DNA from: Nemertoderma westbladi
Taxonomy: Eukaryota; Animalia; Xenacoelomorpha
Reading direction: 5' to 3'
DNA length: 64,000 bases
NCBI GenBank assembly: GCA_032718475.1
Contig: JAUCBJ010002641.1
Coordinates: 1 to 64,000, forward strand
Shown: positions 12,501-23,117 of the stretch, piece by piece
Position numbering within the stretch: position 1 is the first letter of the stretch
How the letters are laid out: each line of letters begins with the position of its first letter
Translations under genes and position numbers: made by a program
Notes under the pieces: generated by a model
Told to the model about the DNA's origin: nothing
What the model saw: the letters and a program-made list of their open reading frames with translations, nothing else
Database searches by the model: none

Positions 12501-15500
12501 GGACACCGATAGATCTTATTACGTGAATAAAATGCCTAAAGATCAGGTGAGTAAATTCAAGGCTCGAACAAATGACAGGAGAGAACAGGTAAGAAAAACT
12601 CCTCCTACGTCTCCCAAGAGAATTCAGGTGAGAAAGCCCGAAGACAAAGCAAGTGTACACAATGTGACTCAGAGTAAGGTGAGTAACATCAAACCGAAAT
12701 GTGCGCTATGTGACGGGACCCACCGTTTGAATATGTGTGATGAATTCCTGAAGAAATCATTAACTGAGAGACGTGAAGTCATGTGGGATAAGCGGTTATG
12801 TTATAATTGCCTCAGACAAGGACACCAACGGCGTACCTGTTTCTCTGACATAAGGTGTGCGAAGTGTGGTGCGAAACATCATATCTTATTGCACGCTGAA
12901 TTCGAGCGAAATAGTCCGAATCAGGTAAGTGATTCCGAACTGCATGTCCAATTCAGTGATGTGAACGACACTGATCAATCTGAGATGGAAGGATTCTATA
13001 CGGATGAGTTCTCCGACGAAAACGAATCCTGTTACCTGATAAATACCGCAGTGTATCGAGCACTCACATATGAAAAAGATACAGACAGCGACCTCACTAT
13101 AACTACTTCTGAACGACAACCATCTTGGAAAGAGTCATCTTCCAATGTAGGGATTAGAGAATTTCCTGTGGTCCAGGTAAGGGTTCACGGACCTAAACGG
13201 AGTTACGTAGTGAATGCCCTCCTTGACTCCGGTAGTACAGGAACATTCATCGACCAAGAGCTAGCCGAAGACATATTTGCTGGACAACCCAAGTTCCGAA
13301 CTACGCTCAACATGTCAGGCATTATGCAAGCCTGGAAATCCACAATAACAGCGGATTATTATGTAGGAGCGTTGTCCACCCCACAGGACGAACTAGGAGA
13401 ACATAGCATCAGGTCAGTGAAAATGGTAGCTATAAAGAACTTCGCTACTACCCAAGCAGACCTTTATAATTGGGACGAGGATGAGAGCATCCAACATCTT
13501 AACATACCTCGATTCCAGACTGATTATCCTGGAGTGCAAATACTCATCGGCCAAAACGCGCATGAGGCGCTGGAGACATTAGAGAAACGGCCTGCTCAAC
13601 CGCAGCCACTACAGACCTATGCGGTAAGAACTAGAGTAGGTTGGTACTTTACTGGACCTTCCCGTAGAACACTCAGAGAAAGACTACCGCAGGAGCGAGT
13701 TTGCCAGGTGAGTGAATGGGAAGATGATACTAGTGAAGGAGACGATTTAACTGAGGGAACTCCATACTCCTCAGATAACGACGACATTCACCAGCTTTTT
13801 GACGAGGAGAATACTATCAATCTCCTTAAAGAAAACGAGGCTTGGCAAAACCAAGTTAACTTATGTCAACTTCTTTATTCATCTGAACGAGAAGCTTATA
13901 ACGACGAGTTAAATGACGCCATTGAGCGTTGTAATGCCAAGACTCGAGATGAACATGCTGTACGATTCTTTACGCAAGAGGCAGTAGAGCCCAATTCCTA
14001 CGATAAGGCCTTATCAGTGGAAGAGGAAAGGGCCAAGCAGATCCAAGAGACAACTACACGTTTCATCAAAGATCAAGGTAGGTATGAAGTCGGTTTACCT
14101 TTTCGCAAGAAAGAACCGAAGTTCATCAATAACAGACCTTTGGCGGAAAAAAGAATCGCGCAACTCCATCGACGCCTTACGGCTAATTCTTCAGCTAAAG
14201 CAATGTATCAAACACAGCTGGAAAAGTTTATTAATAAGGGATACGCGGAGAGGGTACCGGAAGAAACACCTGTGACTGAAAGAACGTATTATTTAACTCA
14301 CCATTACGTTCCTAAACCCGGTAAACCCCATGAAGTGAGAGTAGTGTTTGATGGCTCTGCTCTTTACATGGGTCAATCCCTTAACTCTGAATTGTTACCC
14401 GGACCCAACTTACTTCAATCTTTGTTGGGAATTCTTTTAAGATTGAGACAATATGCGATTGCTTTCGCCTCCGATATAGAAGGCATGTTCTTGCAAGTCA
14501 AAGTGTTGGATAGGGATCGAGATAGCTTACGATTTCTATGGTGGCCCGAAGGAGACCTCAACCAGAAACCGGTGGAGTACTGGATGACCATCCAGGCCTT
14601 TGGAATAATCTCAAGCCCTTCCAACGCCTGTTCAGTAGTGCGTACCACTGCAGAGGACAACCGAGAGGCCTTCTCTAAGGAAGTGATCGACAACATCAAG
14701 CGAGACATATACATGGACGACAATCTGAAGTCCCTTCCATCAGTTGAGGAAGCCATTGAGGTCGCTAAAGGAACGGTAGAGTGCTTAAAAAGAGGTGGGT
14801 TTCGATTAACGAAATTCACCAGCAACTCCCGTGAGTTTCTGGAGTCGATTCCCGCGGAAGATCGAGGAGCGAAAGATCTCGATTTGATCAAAGATGATCT
14901 GCCAGAAACCAAGACACTCGGCTTGAAATGGGACACAGAGCGAGATATCCTGTTTTTCCAACTAAAACAGCGAGATAATCCAGTTCGAACCAAACGGATT
15001 TGCTTAAGTATACTGAGCACTTATTTCGATCCATTGGGATTTATTAGCCCAGTTATATTGATTGCTCGGAGTTTGGTACAACAAATGTGGCTTGAAAACC
15101 ACTCATGGGACGATCCACTTAAGGGAGAATTATTAAAGAAGTGGATGAAATGGGAAGATTCTCTACCGGCGATCGAGGATTTTATAATTTCCCGTTCATA
15201 TTTTGGTCATGTTCTCCCTACGTATTCCTATCAACTCCATGTGTTTGGAGACGCCAGCGATATGGGAATAGGTATAGTAGCCTACCTAAGAGTGGAAACT
15301 CCGGATGGAATCAAAGTCGCCTTGGTTACTTCTAAGGCATTAATCAACAACAAGTTGAAAGTTCCTCGAGCGGAGTTAAAGGCGGCTCTATACGCTACAG
15401 CCATCGGCCGGAATGTAACAGAACAGATTGATTATCCATTAGAGAAAACTGTCTATTGGACCGACGCTTTACTCGTGTTAGAGTATATAACCAATGAAGT

Positions 15501-17595
15501 CTGTCAGTTCAGCGTCTTCGTTACCAACAGGGTAGCCATCATACTTAGTCGCACGACGATAGACCAATGGAGACATTGCCCCGGAACGATTAATCCAGCA
15601 GACATCGCCTCCCGAGGAGCGACTCCAAAGGAATTGGTAAATACTCCCGAATGGTTAGGAGGACCCGACTTTCTCTTCCAAGAAGAAGAAGAATGGCCTC
15701 CCCACCTCACAACAGCAGAGATCAGACAGGCCAAGGGAGCGGAGAAAGTTAAACCCAAAACTCGAGCGAGTAAATCGAAGTTGTTTAAACCTGCGGTTGA
15801 TCTATCTGTATTATTTACTTCCGGAGAGGATGCTTTGGATCAGAAACCCACCGCCACGACCAAAGAAGTCTTGGAAATCCGTGACAAGGATTGGAAATCT
15901 GGAATACCAGATATCGCGCAAGGACTCTCACCTCTCTTGCAGAGAGCGATACGTCACTACAGTTCCTGGAATCGGCTCTGTAAAGCTGTTACCTATTTGA
16001 AACGATGTTTTCATCATCGTTACTCCGGGACAAAGACCAATAGTGATGATGCTCCATCAACATCTGCACGAGTCCATGTTGTTAAAGATCTTCCTAAGTA
16101 CAAGATATCCTACAGGTTTCTAAAAGAGAAGATCAGTTACCAGGAGCATGATGAAACCAACAAACAGATGCTGAGACTACTACAATGTTATGAGGATTCC
16201 GATAAGTATTTCCTGTTGTTAAGAAATCCGCAGATGCGCTTAAGGGATCGCTTCTCTAGTACCATGATAGATGGATTAATACGTGTTGGAGGTAGACTAA
16301 CCAACGCCCCGTTATCCTTTGACACTAAGTTTCCCATACTTATTAGAAATCTTGATATACAAATCAAAATGATTGTAGATGTTCATAGCAAACTGTACCA
16401 TGCTGGTAGAGAACGAGTTCTGAGCGAAATTCGAACTCGCTACTATTTTTATAAACCTCGTAGGGCTCTGAACCAAGTTCTTAGGAACTGCATACCCTGT
16501 AGGAAAGCATTCAGTAGGCCTTTAACACAGCGAGAGGCAGAATTACCTAGGGAAAGAGTAAGCTTCTATGAACCACCCTTTACTAATACCGATGTGGATT
16601 TATTTGGTCCTATTGAAGTATATCGTGCCCGGACTATAGTCAAGAGATGGTGTGTCATCTTCGTTTGTATGACTTGTAGAGCTATCCATCTCGATATGGT
16701 AAACGATCTATCCACCAACAGCTTCGTGTTGAGTTTACGACGACAGATCGCTCGCTTCGGAACCAGTAACACGATGAGATCGGATAAGGGAATGAACTTC
16801 ATTGGCGCCAATAACGAAATTCAAGCTTACGTAAAGGACTGGAACATAAGACAGGTGGACGATCAGCTAAGGATAACAGCGTCTAGCTGGACCTTCAACG
16901 CCGCCGACGCCCCTTGGTGGGGAGGAAGTTGGGAGAGATTGATTAGGAGCGTGAAGACTGTGTTCCACTTTATTGTGCCTTGTCGCGCTTATCTCACCGA
17001 CGAACTATTGCGGACGTTAATGGAGGAAATCGCCGCCTATCTCAACGAAAGACCGCTTATGCCAGTCTCTTCAAATCCTGATTCCCTGGAAGCGCTAACA
17101 CCCGCGCACTTTCTACTGAAGAAGCCCGTAGCCATGCTCCCACGATCGGAGATCACAGACGGAGACGAGTACTGTCGTCGAACCTGGCAACTTATGCAGT
17201 TGCTATCCCATCGTTTCGCTGACCATTTCGAGAAACATTACCTGCCCACTCTACAACTTCGAACTAAGTGGTTTGCGCAGCAAGAAAACGTCAGCGCTGG
17301 AGACATGGTGCTTATTGTGGACCCCGATCTCCCACGTAAGCGATGGCAAACAGGACGTATCATCGAGACTTATATCTCGAGCGATGGTTTGGTGAGATCA
17401 GTAGAGCTCGTCGTCATGCGGCGTAACTTTAAGAAACCAGGGATAGTCTTTGAGACTCAACAGCTCAACCGCCCAGTGGGTCGTTTATATTTACTGGAAA
17501 GAGACAGAGAGCTCTCCGGAAACTATGGAAGGCAAGAAACTCTTCCCACGACCACTTCCCTAATCCAACCGACATCTAGGGACTCCCCAACTTAA
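9553..17595 (+). CDS. Element B Gag-Pol polyprotein (Gag with three Cys/His knuckles, aspartic protease, RT, RNase H, integrase), 2680 aa, open
   Basis: CALCDGTH..C, CYNCLRQGH..C, CAKCGAKHHILLH; LLDSGS; RVVFDGS, SDIEGMFLQV, YMDD; VFGDAS, RAEL, WTDA, NPADIASRG; H..HAG..CIPC, VDLFGP, SDKGMNF, GGSWERL, LTPAHFL. Confidence 0.97.
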   Translation: MSDTKQNLSDSLLDVTICDSDRGVEPSSRKSSSPPTVRKVIPPVVITEPRLVQHRRSIIGTRAQVKRDQEAAEQQQPASQELITQRPSSSSSEDTVELTPERGAEMTNVVYTDPLLILPAAVLTRLLIAVEEHQIDWARSQRPTRDSYAGYTSEELKSIVESQWNFPGPGLPFDLSEAAWEDIHWMGVAKETIDPAVWKRSAAGYAQGFFSSMERVEKQLFQQPQGPQEQGSLLYQVRERVLRIRLILSAFEEASKRRQDTSLQVAVKTWFQRVSRQVQGAAQWKAQLEERSTHGESTDATFSQVESEATAEKPHKKDAIDIYLSDYQRFVGDAELRRRLEGLSPNSKGAKLVLDAIDVDRLAANQAKFDEQLRIAREKEEQVRKKRIEDRKIAAVAEAERKATLAEAVAEAKAAAAEAKAAAVAEAERRAAEETIQLELENIQENQDCINKQLTASNMQMMNRSTPKRQGYTSSEEGDTTDTEGKGNRSRLSRRKRTFHRQKLPDLPPAVRRQLNSTNLGSTEPTDQIIKIERLPTIVDEPETIRPVLEITPSVIDTPVLPEVTSKFPLHSTKLTVPRRTAQETVQVLDPERNIHNLSPVVPRPPATSLATPASAVEWVDEIRRGMDILLGQMQEAVQQFKGTVRESRLELQEVQQSIALERDKLVNTQRGIPPPPVTMCQPVRSEVSHAQGVEPTRIYTASEVETPIVNPIKGNYRPVDNDIPYRPDHNPRNLYTDNSILNNTMAQESFTRQMARTEARQAVKVGEIVKFNGDEMKWLPFNEYYKDNIQNSVLSNGEKLRFLIECLEGSPKLMALKFIGHPDGLRQVWDTLNIRYGNRNNIAKYLYAKLVAPRKFISSGIIEFSDEIQEICRQLDWLGKSHEYQSSMVIGAVASTLPKGGVGTRWDKKVLYMMEQQRRDPTMADLMSFLDGEVKLQLLKLSREKTPENKVSEKPVSRRKVTPVCYTDDGESQTSQGEDSGKDTDRSYYVNKMPKDQVSKFKARTNDRREQVRKTPPTSPKRIQVRKPEDKASVHNVTQSKVSNIKPKCALCDGTHRLNMCDEFLKKSLTERREVMWDKRLCYNCLRQGHQRRTCFSDIRCAKCGAKHHILLHAEFERNSPNQVSDSELHVQFSDVNDTDQSEMEGFYTDEFSDENESCYLINTAVYRALTYEKDTDSDLTITTSERQPSWKESSSNVGIREFPVVQVRVHGPKRSYVVNALLDSGSTGTFIDQELAEDIFAGQPKFRTTLNMSGIMQAWKSTITADYYVGALSTPQDELGEHSIRSVKMVAIKNFATTQADLYNWDEDESIQHLNIPRFQTDYPGVQILIGQNAHEALETLEKRPAQPQPLQTYAVRTRVGWYFTGPSRRTLRERLPQERVCQVSEWEDDTSEGDDLTEGTPYSSDNDDIHQLFDEENTINLLKENEAWQNQVNLCQLLYSSEREAYNDELNDAIERCNAKTRDEHAVRFFTQEAVEPNSYDKALSVEEERAKQIQETTTRFIKDQGRYEVGLPFRKKEPKFINNRPLAEKRIAQLHRRLTANSSAKAMYQTQLEKFINKGYAERVPEETPVTERTYYLTHHYVPKPGKPHEVRVVFDGSALYMGQSLNSELLPGPNLLQSLLGILLRLRQYAIAFASDIEGMFLQVKVLDRDRDSLRFLWWPEGDLNQKPVEYWMTIQAFGIISSPSNACSVVRTTAEDNREAFSKEVIDNIKRDIYMDDNLKSLPSVEEAIEVAKGTVECLKRGGFRLTKFTSNSREFLESIPAEDRGAKDLDLIKDDLPETKTLGLKWDTERDILFFQLKQRDNPVRTKRICLSILSTYFDPLGFISPVILIARSLVQQMWLENHSWDDPLKGELLKKWMKWEDSLPAIEDFIISRSYFGHVLPTYSYQLHVFGDASDMGIGIVAYLRVETPDGIKVALVTSKALINNKLKVPRAELKAALYATAIGRNVTEQIDYPLEKTVYWTDALLVLEYITNEVCQFSVFVTNRVAIILSRTTIDQWRHCPGTINPADIASRGATPKELVNTPEWLGGPDFLFQEEEEWPPHLTTAEIRQAKGAEKVKPKTRASKSKLFKPAVDLSVLFTSGEDALDQKPTATTKEVLEIRDKDWKSGIPDIAQGLSPLLQRAIRHYSSWNRLCKAVTYLKRCFHHRYSGTKTNSDDAPSTSARVHVVKDLPKYKISYRFLKEKISYQEHDETNKQMLRLLQCYEDSDKYFLLLRNPQMRLRDRFSSTMIDGLIRVGGRLTNAPLSFDTKFPILIRNLDIQIKMIVDVHSKLYHAGRERVLSEIRTRYYFYKPRRALNQVLRNCIPCRKAFSRPLTQREAELPRERVSFYEPPFTNTDVDLFGPIEVYRARTIVKRWCVIFVCMTCRAIHLDMVNDLSTNSFVLSLRRQIARFGTSNTMRSDKGMNFIGANNEIQAYVKDWNIRQVDDQLRITASSWTFNAADAPWWGGSWERLIRSVKTVFHFIVPCRAYLTDELLRTLMEEIAAYLNERPLMPVSSNPDSLEALTPAHFLLKKPVAMLPRSEITDGDEYCRRTWQLMQLLSHRFADHFEKHYLPTLQLRTKWFAQQENVSAGDMVLIVDPDLPRKRWQTGRIIETYISSDGLVRSVELVVMRRNFKKPGIVFETQQLNRPVGRLYLLERDRELSGNYGRQETLPTTTSLIQPTSRDSPT

Positions 17596-20500
17596 TATCG
17601 TTCGGAGTGGGCGTGTGACTCTATTATTTTATATTATTTTATTATTTTTATATTTATGTATGTATTACTATGTAATTTTATTATAATCGTTTTATTTAAT
17701 TTAGTAGAATAGTGCAATATATTCGTGTTTATTACGTACGTAATTACTTATATTATATTTAGTGCGACGGCGAAGAAATAATTCTTTTTCTCTTTCCTTA
17801 CTGTCCGTATCATATTATAAATACGTGACTACAGTAAGATGAAATGTCCGTACTTATTAAAGTACAATAAAGCCACTACTATATTCAAGTATTATTGGTA
17901 GGCAGAGTATTAGGAATGCAAAGTTCAGATCCTCGTGTCTCGGCTAAACCAAGCTCTGGGTAGACCTTGGAAACGACTTGCCTCTTCCCACTGACATTGC
18001 TTCGTGCGATATTGCTCTCATACCGTATATTAAATAATACATATAGTAGCGTGATGTCCCTTTAACAGTAGCGTATAACGCAAAATAAATCTGTTAAACC
18101 CTTTGACCATCTGCAATTCTAGTCGATTAAGATATCGCGGCACCCACCGATATACTTGAAAGACAAATTATAGAATCAGTGGTTAACGTCCCCAGACAAG
18201 TTCTGGAATAAATCGGTGCCCATCTCAAATATTAATTATTTAATATTTGCAAATCTAATAAATCAAATCTGTAAAATTCAGATCCTTCAACAATTCTAGT
18301 CAATTAAGATATCGTAGTATTTACCGATATTCTTAAAAAGACAATTTTCATAGAATTAAGGATCTTGTGTCCCCAGATATGTTCTAGAATCAAAATATGT
18401 CAATTTAATTATCAAATAATAAAATTTCAGGGAATAAATTTAAATTCATGCCTTTTAATGAATTTAATAAATTGCCATTTTTACGCAATTTATAACATTC
18501 CCAAAATTCCATTAATTAATAGATCAAGGGAGCGGAGATTTATCTTATTATGCGTATGAGTGTGCGAAAGTCTCCCAAACATAGTCAATAGCCGATAAAA
18601 TTCATAAAGTCATGTATAAACAGGACATTGACTATTAAAGAATTACTATTAAATAACATCCCAGATCTGTATGCATTGGAATTACCCTAATTCTACCGCT
18701 AGCTTTGCATAATGTCACCATAGCAACAACCACGCTAGAATTAGAATTGAGTAAAAAGAACCATAGAAAGCTTGTCCCATTGAATAGCATAGGGAATAAA
18801 TAGCGCACTGCTAGTATCCAAGGATACATAACAATACAGTGACATTCTGGAAGGCATTGACTAACGGACAAATGGCCCGAATGTGTGTAGTTGTGACAAG
18901 TTGTGTGGTATTTGTGAGTTTATAGGTGAATGTTACTGCTAAAGTGTGTTTACAGTAGCTAGTTGCAATCGCAAAAGTAACCTAACTCTCCAAGGAAAAC
19001 CTGACGTACATCTAAGCCTTTGGGACGGACAGTCGAGTGACTTGTGCCGGTTGTCGTTGTCGTTGTGCGGCTACGTCGTTGGCGAAAGTACAGCGGCGAC
19101 GACACATCGGCGCTGAGGATCTCGTACTGTCCGGGGGTTGATTGGAGTAGGCAGCGACGCCCGCTCGCCTAAATATAAACTCATTATAATATGGATAAAC
19201 TCATATATAGCAGATATGACGGAGTTGATAGAAGATGGTCTTGGTATCGGGGAGTGATATACTCTACTTTTACAAGCGTTTGTTGATAGCTTAATACGCG
19301 GCGACGTTAGTCCAACTGCTGCGGAGGACGATGGTCGTTATATCGAACCGCCAATGTCCCAAGAGCAGCTCGCGCGCGAGTTGGACTATAGAAAATTCGC
19401 CGCTCGATATACACAGCGTAATGGTACGTATATGGTCTTCTTAACTACTGGTCATCCTATCGATTAACATAATACGGACTATGTCGACTATATATCCTGC
19501 CCAGCGGAGTCGGAACCATAAACTGAAATTCGAATGCGAAATTTCTATTCGAAATCGACTCGAAAGAAAAGACACTAAAGAAACAAATAAACGCGGTAAC
19601 TCCAACGTATATTTGGAATTCTTGACAGAAGCATTGTAACAACAAATAAATATCACCCGCGTTTCCCCTACCAGACGTGCGTCTTTGGTATTATTACGAT
19701 AAATGCCCTAGACCCAACTAATAAACGGAAAGACATAAACATCCACGGAAACGTTGTGTTAAACACAGTTGTGCTCGTTATATTTACTGGAGTTTCGAGC
19801 GAAACTTGTTTGACGTATCACCTATGCTCACTCGGCTCGAACGATCCTGGAGTAAACCTACGATCAAAGTCCCGGAATACTCGGTCAAACCTCCTCATTC
19901 CTTAGTTGGACCTCAGACCTGCGATCCTGGTGGTGTCGCGGATCCTCGCGGACTGTATTCACTGTTCAAAGATCTAGTGCTACCCTAACAATTAATCGGT
20001 AACACTCCGACAGTGATTTCTACCTAGCCGCCCATCTTACCTAGCCGGATTATGACGCGGACACCTAATATCACTATCCAACCGTATGGTCGTCCCGTTT
20101 AACGCAATACAACCCTTCATCAAGGTGAAGGAGAGCGTTGTACGAAACGAGTTAAACTCTATTCTATAAAGATCAAAAAAGAAATCTGCGTTTGTTCAGA
20201 TATACGTAAGTTATAACAGTAAGTCCAATCGATAAACGAATTGGCCTTATCTCAGTTCGATTAGGAAATCTCGAATCTCAAAGAAGATATCAAGCTTAGA
20301 AAACCCTATTCTTTGCGAGAGTTTTGGACGAACGTATCCCATGACAAGCGGAGGAAAATCAGCTCGAGGAGAAGCATATCGAAATGGACGAGACACCGAC
20401 CGTAAACCCAAACCTTCTAATGCAATCATATTGCACCCTTCGCCTAGGAGCTACAGCCCTCCTCATAAAGTGGCTCGCCCCAAAGAGAAAAGGACTCTCG

Positions 20501-20625
20501 CTAGCCTCAAGAAACTGCGTAAACGCCGTCCACGCAAGAAAGACTAACTGTTTAGAGTATTTTTATATTTTAGAAACTGTGATTTTGTATATTTTATAGA
20601 CTTAAATCCCATTTTCTGGGAGCGG

Positions 20626-21834
20626 TGTAAAAGCTTTTGTGGGATAACTGATTCGTTTGCCTTGCCAACCAGTTCCCCCCCTGTCGCTGAATACTCTAAA
20701 AAGGGATACCTAGCTAGAATAGTGTAAGCTACCAGCTTATTGGCTGATGTGCTGTACGGAAGTATCTGGGCTCCGTTTAATCGGCCAACCAGCTTAGGGA
20801 GGTTGCCTCAGCCCTGCTGTCCGTATCGGCCAATAGAATTTGAGTGGGCGTTGATTTCGACCTATCCAGAGCTACTGAACTGAAATTTTCCTATCTCACT
20901 GCTCATCCTCTGTGTTGAACGGGAGCTTCGTGGAATAAGTGTAGTTGGTATTCTCGTATAGAGTAGTCACGAGTTTTTCAAAGCCACGAAAGAACGGCTT
21001 TATAGTGTTTTGTGCTTTTCTGCTTTTTAGCTCAACACTAGTAGGTTTAATTATAAGGACATATATCCTTTAACTAACCATACCGGACTGCATACCAAAC
21101 GCACGGCATACTACTGACTGCTGAAACATTGCAAACTCATAACAATTAGTGTTCAGTTGTTGTTTTATACTGCTATTTACTGTCAGTTCTTCATAATATG
21201 GTTGATGAATTATTATATTTGGAATAACGATAAATAACCCCGAAACCCAATATTCTTGATATACCGAAGGTACGAGAGAAAGGTTACAGATAAACGATTG
21301 TGACTTATGTTAAAGTGGTTTGAAGTGAATCGAATGTTATTTGATAGACCCTACATGAGTCAGTCCGTGTTCCTTTTATATGTGACTAAAATCAGTGAAG
21401 ACCGGCAGATTAGTGTGCAGTATTGTGCAGCATTGTGTATGAGTGAGTCTGTTAAAGAAGCATTTCCTAAAGAATGCGCCATATATGTTAATTATAACTA
21501 AACCATATCGTTGTGAGTAGTTTAAGTCATAACTCTGTTTATATAGATAGAGCGCCACGTCCTAAAGGAACTGTTAATATTCCCCGAAGGTGAATAATAT
21601 TGTCAGAGATTATATAATACTGTCAGTCGAATAATACATTAGGCTTACATAGCAATAAGATTAAACCGTCGAACCCAATCTCCCGGGTATAACCAGCGGG
21701 TGAATGATCGCGCACGGATTGGTTTCGACTAGTGTAGTGAATCAAATACTTGTCGTAGGCTAAAAAGCGATTTAATATCTAGAAGACATCATAATTTGGC
21801 GGGTTAAACTGCCAAAGGTCTGAAAGCGCGAACA
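20626..21834 (+). repeat. Element B 3' LTR
   Basis: Near-identical to 6095-7303 and preceded by the PPT. Confidence 0.9.
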
Positions 21835-23117
21835 TTAAAGGATATATGCTTCTTTATTGCAGTAAGCAATAAAGTTGAAAATACCGGTCAACCGGTAAAC
21901 TTGAACCGGTACTTCTGTAGGTCAGTAGGCCCAACTGCCAGAACCGGTACTGCTGTAGGCCCGTAGGTCCAACTGCCAGAACCGGTACTTCTGTAGGTCC
22001 GTAGGCCTAACTGTCCTAACCGGTACTTCCGTATAAGTACATTAGTATTATTCGATTTGATTGTTGTATACCGGTAGGTCTTAGTACTTAATCAGGGAAC
22101 GGCCGCCCTGGTTTTTTATTGAGATTTTACTTATTTCTGTCAAGTTTTATTTGTTTGTAGGCCAGTATTGAACAGAAGACGTGTAAGCCTGATCAGATTG
22201 TACAGACAATTTGTAGGCTGAGCTGTTGTCTGATTGCTTTTAGGTCTGAACGGATTACAGTGTGTGTAGAGCACCTGTCCGATTAAGTACGGTTAGGAAG
22301 TAGGGGCAGCGAATGCTGTAAGGTAAACCCCCAATTAAAGAATAAGTCGTACTACTGGGTTAGAACGCATACTGCCTAATCATTTCGGAGTCTGCATGTC
22401 CTGTAGTTTATTTAGGCTTGAGAGTAGTCTGCCATCGTTTAGTTTGTACTTTGTTTGTGTAAGTCCGTACGGGTAGCGTATAATTTTATTTAGATATTTT
22501 GTAGGCTGGATAGTTGTCTGGCTGTTGTTGGGTCTGAACGGATTGCAGCGTGTGTAGATCACTTGTCCGATAAAGAACGGTTAGGAAGTAGGGGCAGCGA
22601 ATGCTGTAAGGTAAACCCCCAATTAAAGAATAAGTCGTACTACTGGGTTAGAACGCATACTACCTAATTATTTCGGAGTCTGCATATACCGTAGTTTGTT
22701 TAGGCTTGATAGTAGTCTGTCAGTGTTCGGTCTGCATTTTGTTTGAGTAGTTTGTACGCGTAGCGTAATATTTATTATTCAGAGTTTATGCGATTATCCG
22801 CAACATTCATTCCCCAAGTTTGTTCCTACAGTAATTGTGTTTGTTATACATACCGTTATAGTCAAATTAACCCCGGTACATTTTATATTATATTATATAA
22901 TACTGTCAGTCGAATAATACATTAGGCTTACATAGCAATAAGATTAAACCGTCGAACCCAATCTCCCGGGTATAACCAGCGGGTGAATGATCGCGCACGG
23001 ATTGGTTTCGACTAGTGTAGTGAATCAAATACTTGTCGTAGGCTAAAAAGCGATTTAATATCTAGAAGACATCATAATTTGGCGGGTTAAACTGCCAAAG
23101 GTCTGAAAGCGCGAACA
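21835..23117 (+). repeat. Extra 3' module of B: copy of the leader (21835-22879 = 7304-8348), 12-nt filler, then the last 226 bp of the LTR (22892-23117 = 7078-7303)
   Basis: Direct alignment by eye; the TSD follows at 23118. Confidence 0.9.

Larger units (their letters stand above)
6095..23117 (+). mobile_element. BEL/Pao LTR retrotransposon B, young, with complex 3' end
   Basis: TGT...ACA termini and 5-bp TSD GGTAT (6090-6094, 23118-23122). 6095-8348 is repeated at 20626-22879 with only ~4 substitutions noticed by eye. PPT TGGGAGCGG at 20617-20625. Confidence 0.95.

Noticed and set aside
14415-15020. Antisense ORFs over pol genes (also 4759-5325, 38892-39371 and others)
   Set aside because: Shadow frames of real coding sequence with no motifs.
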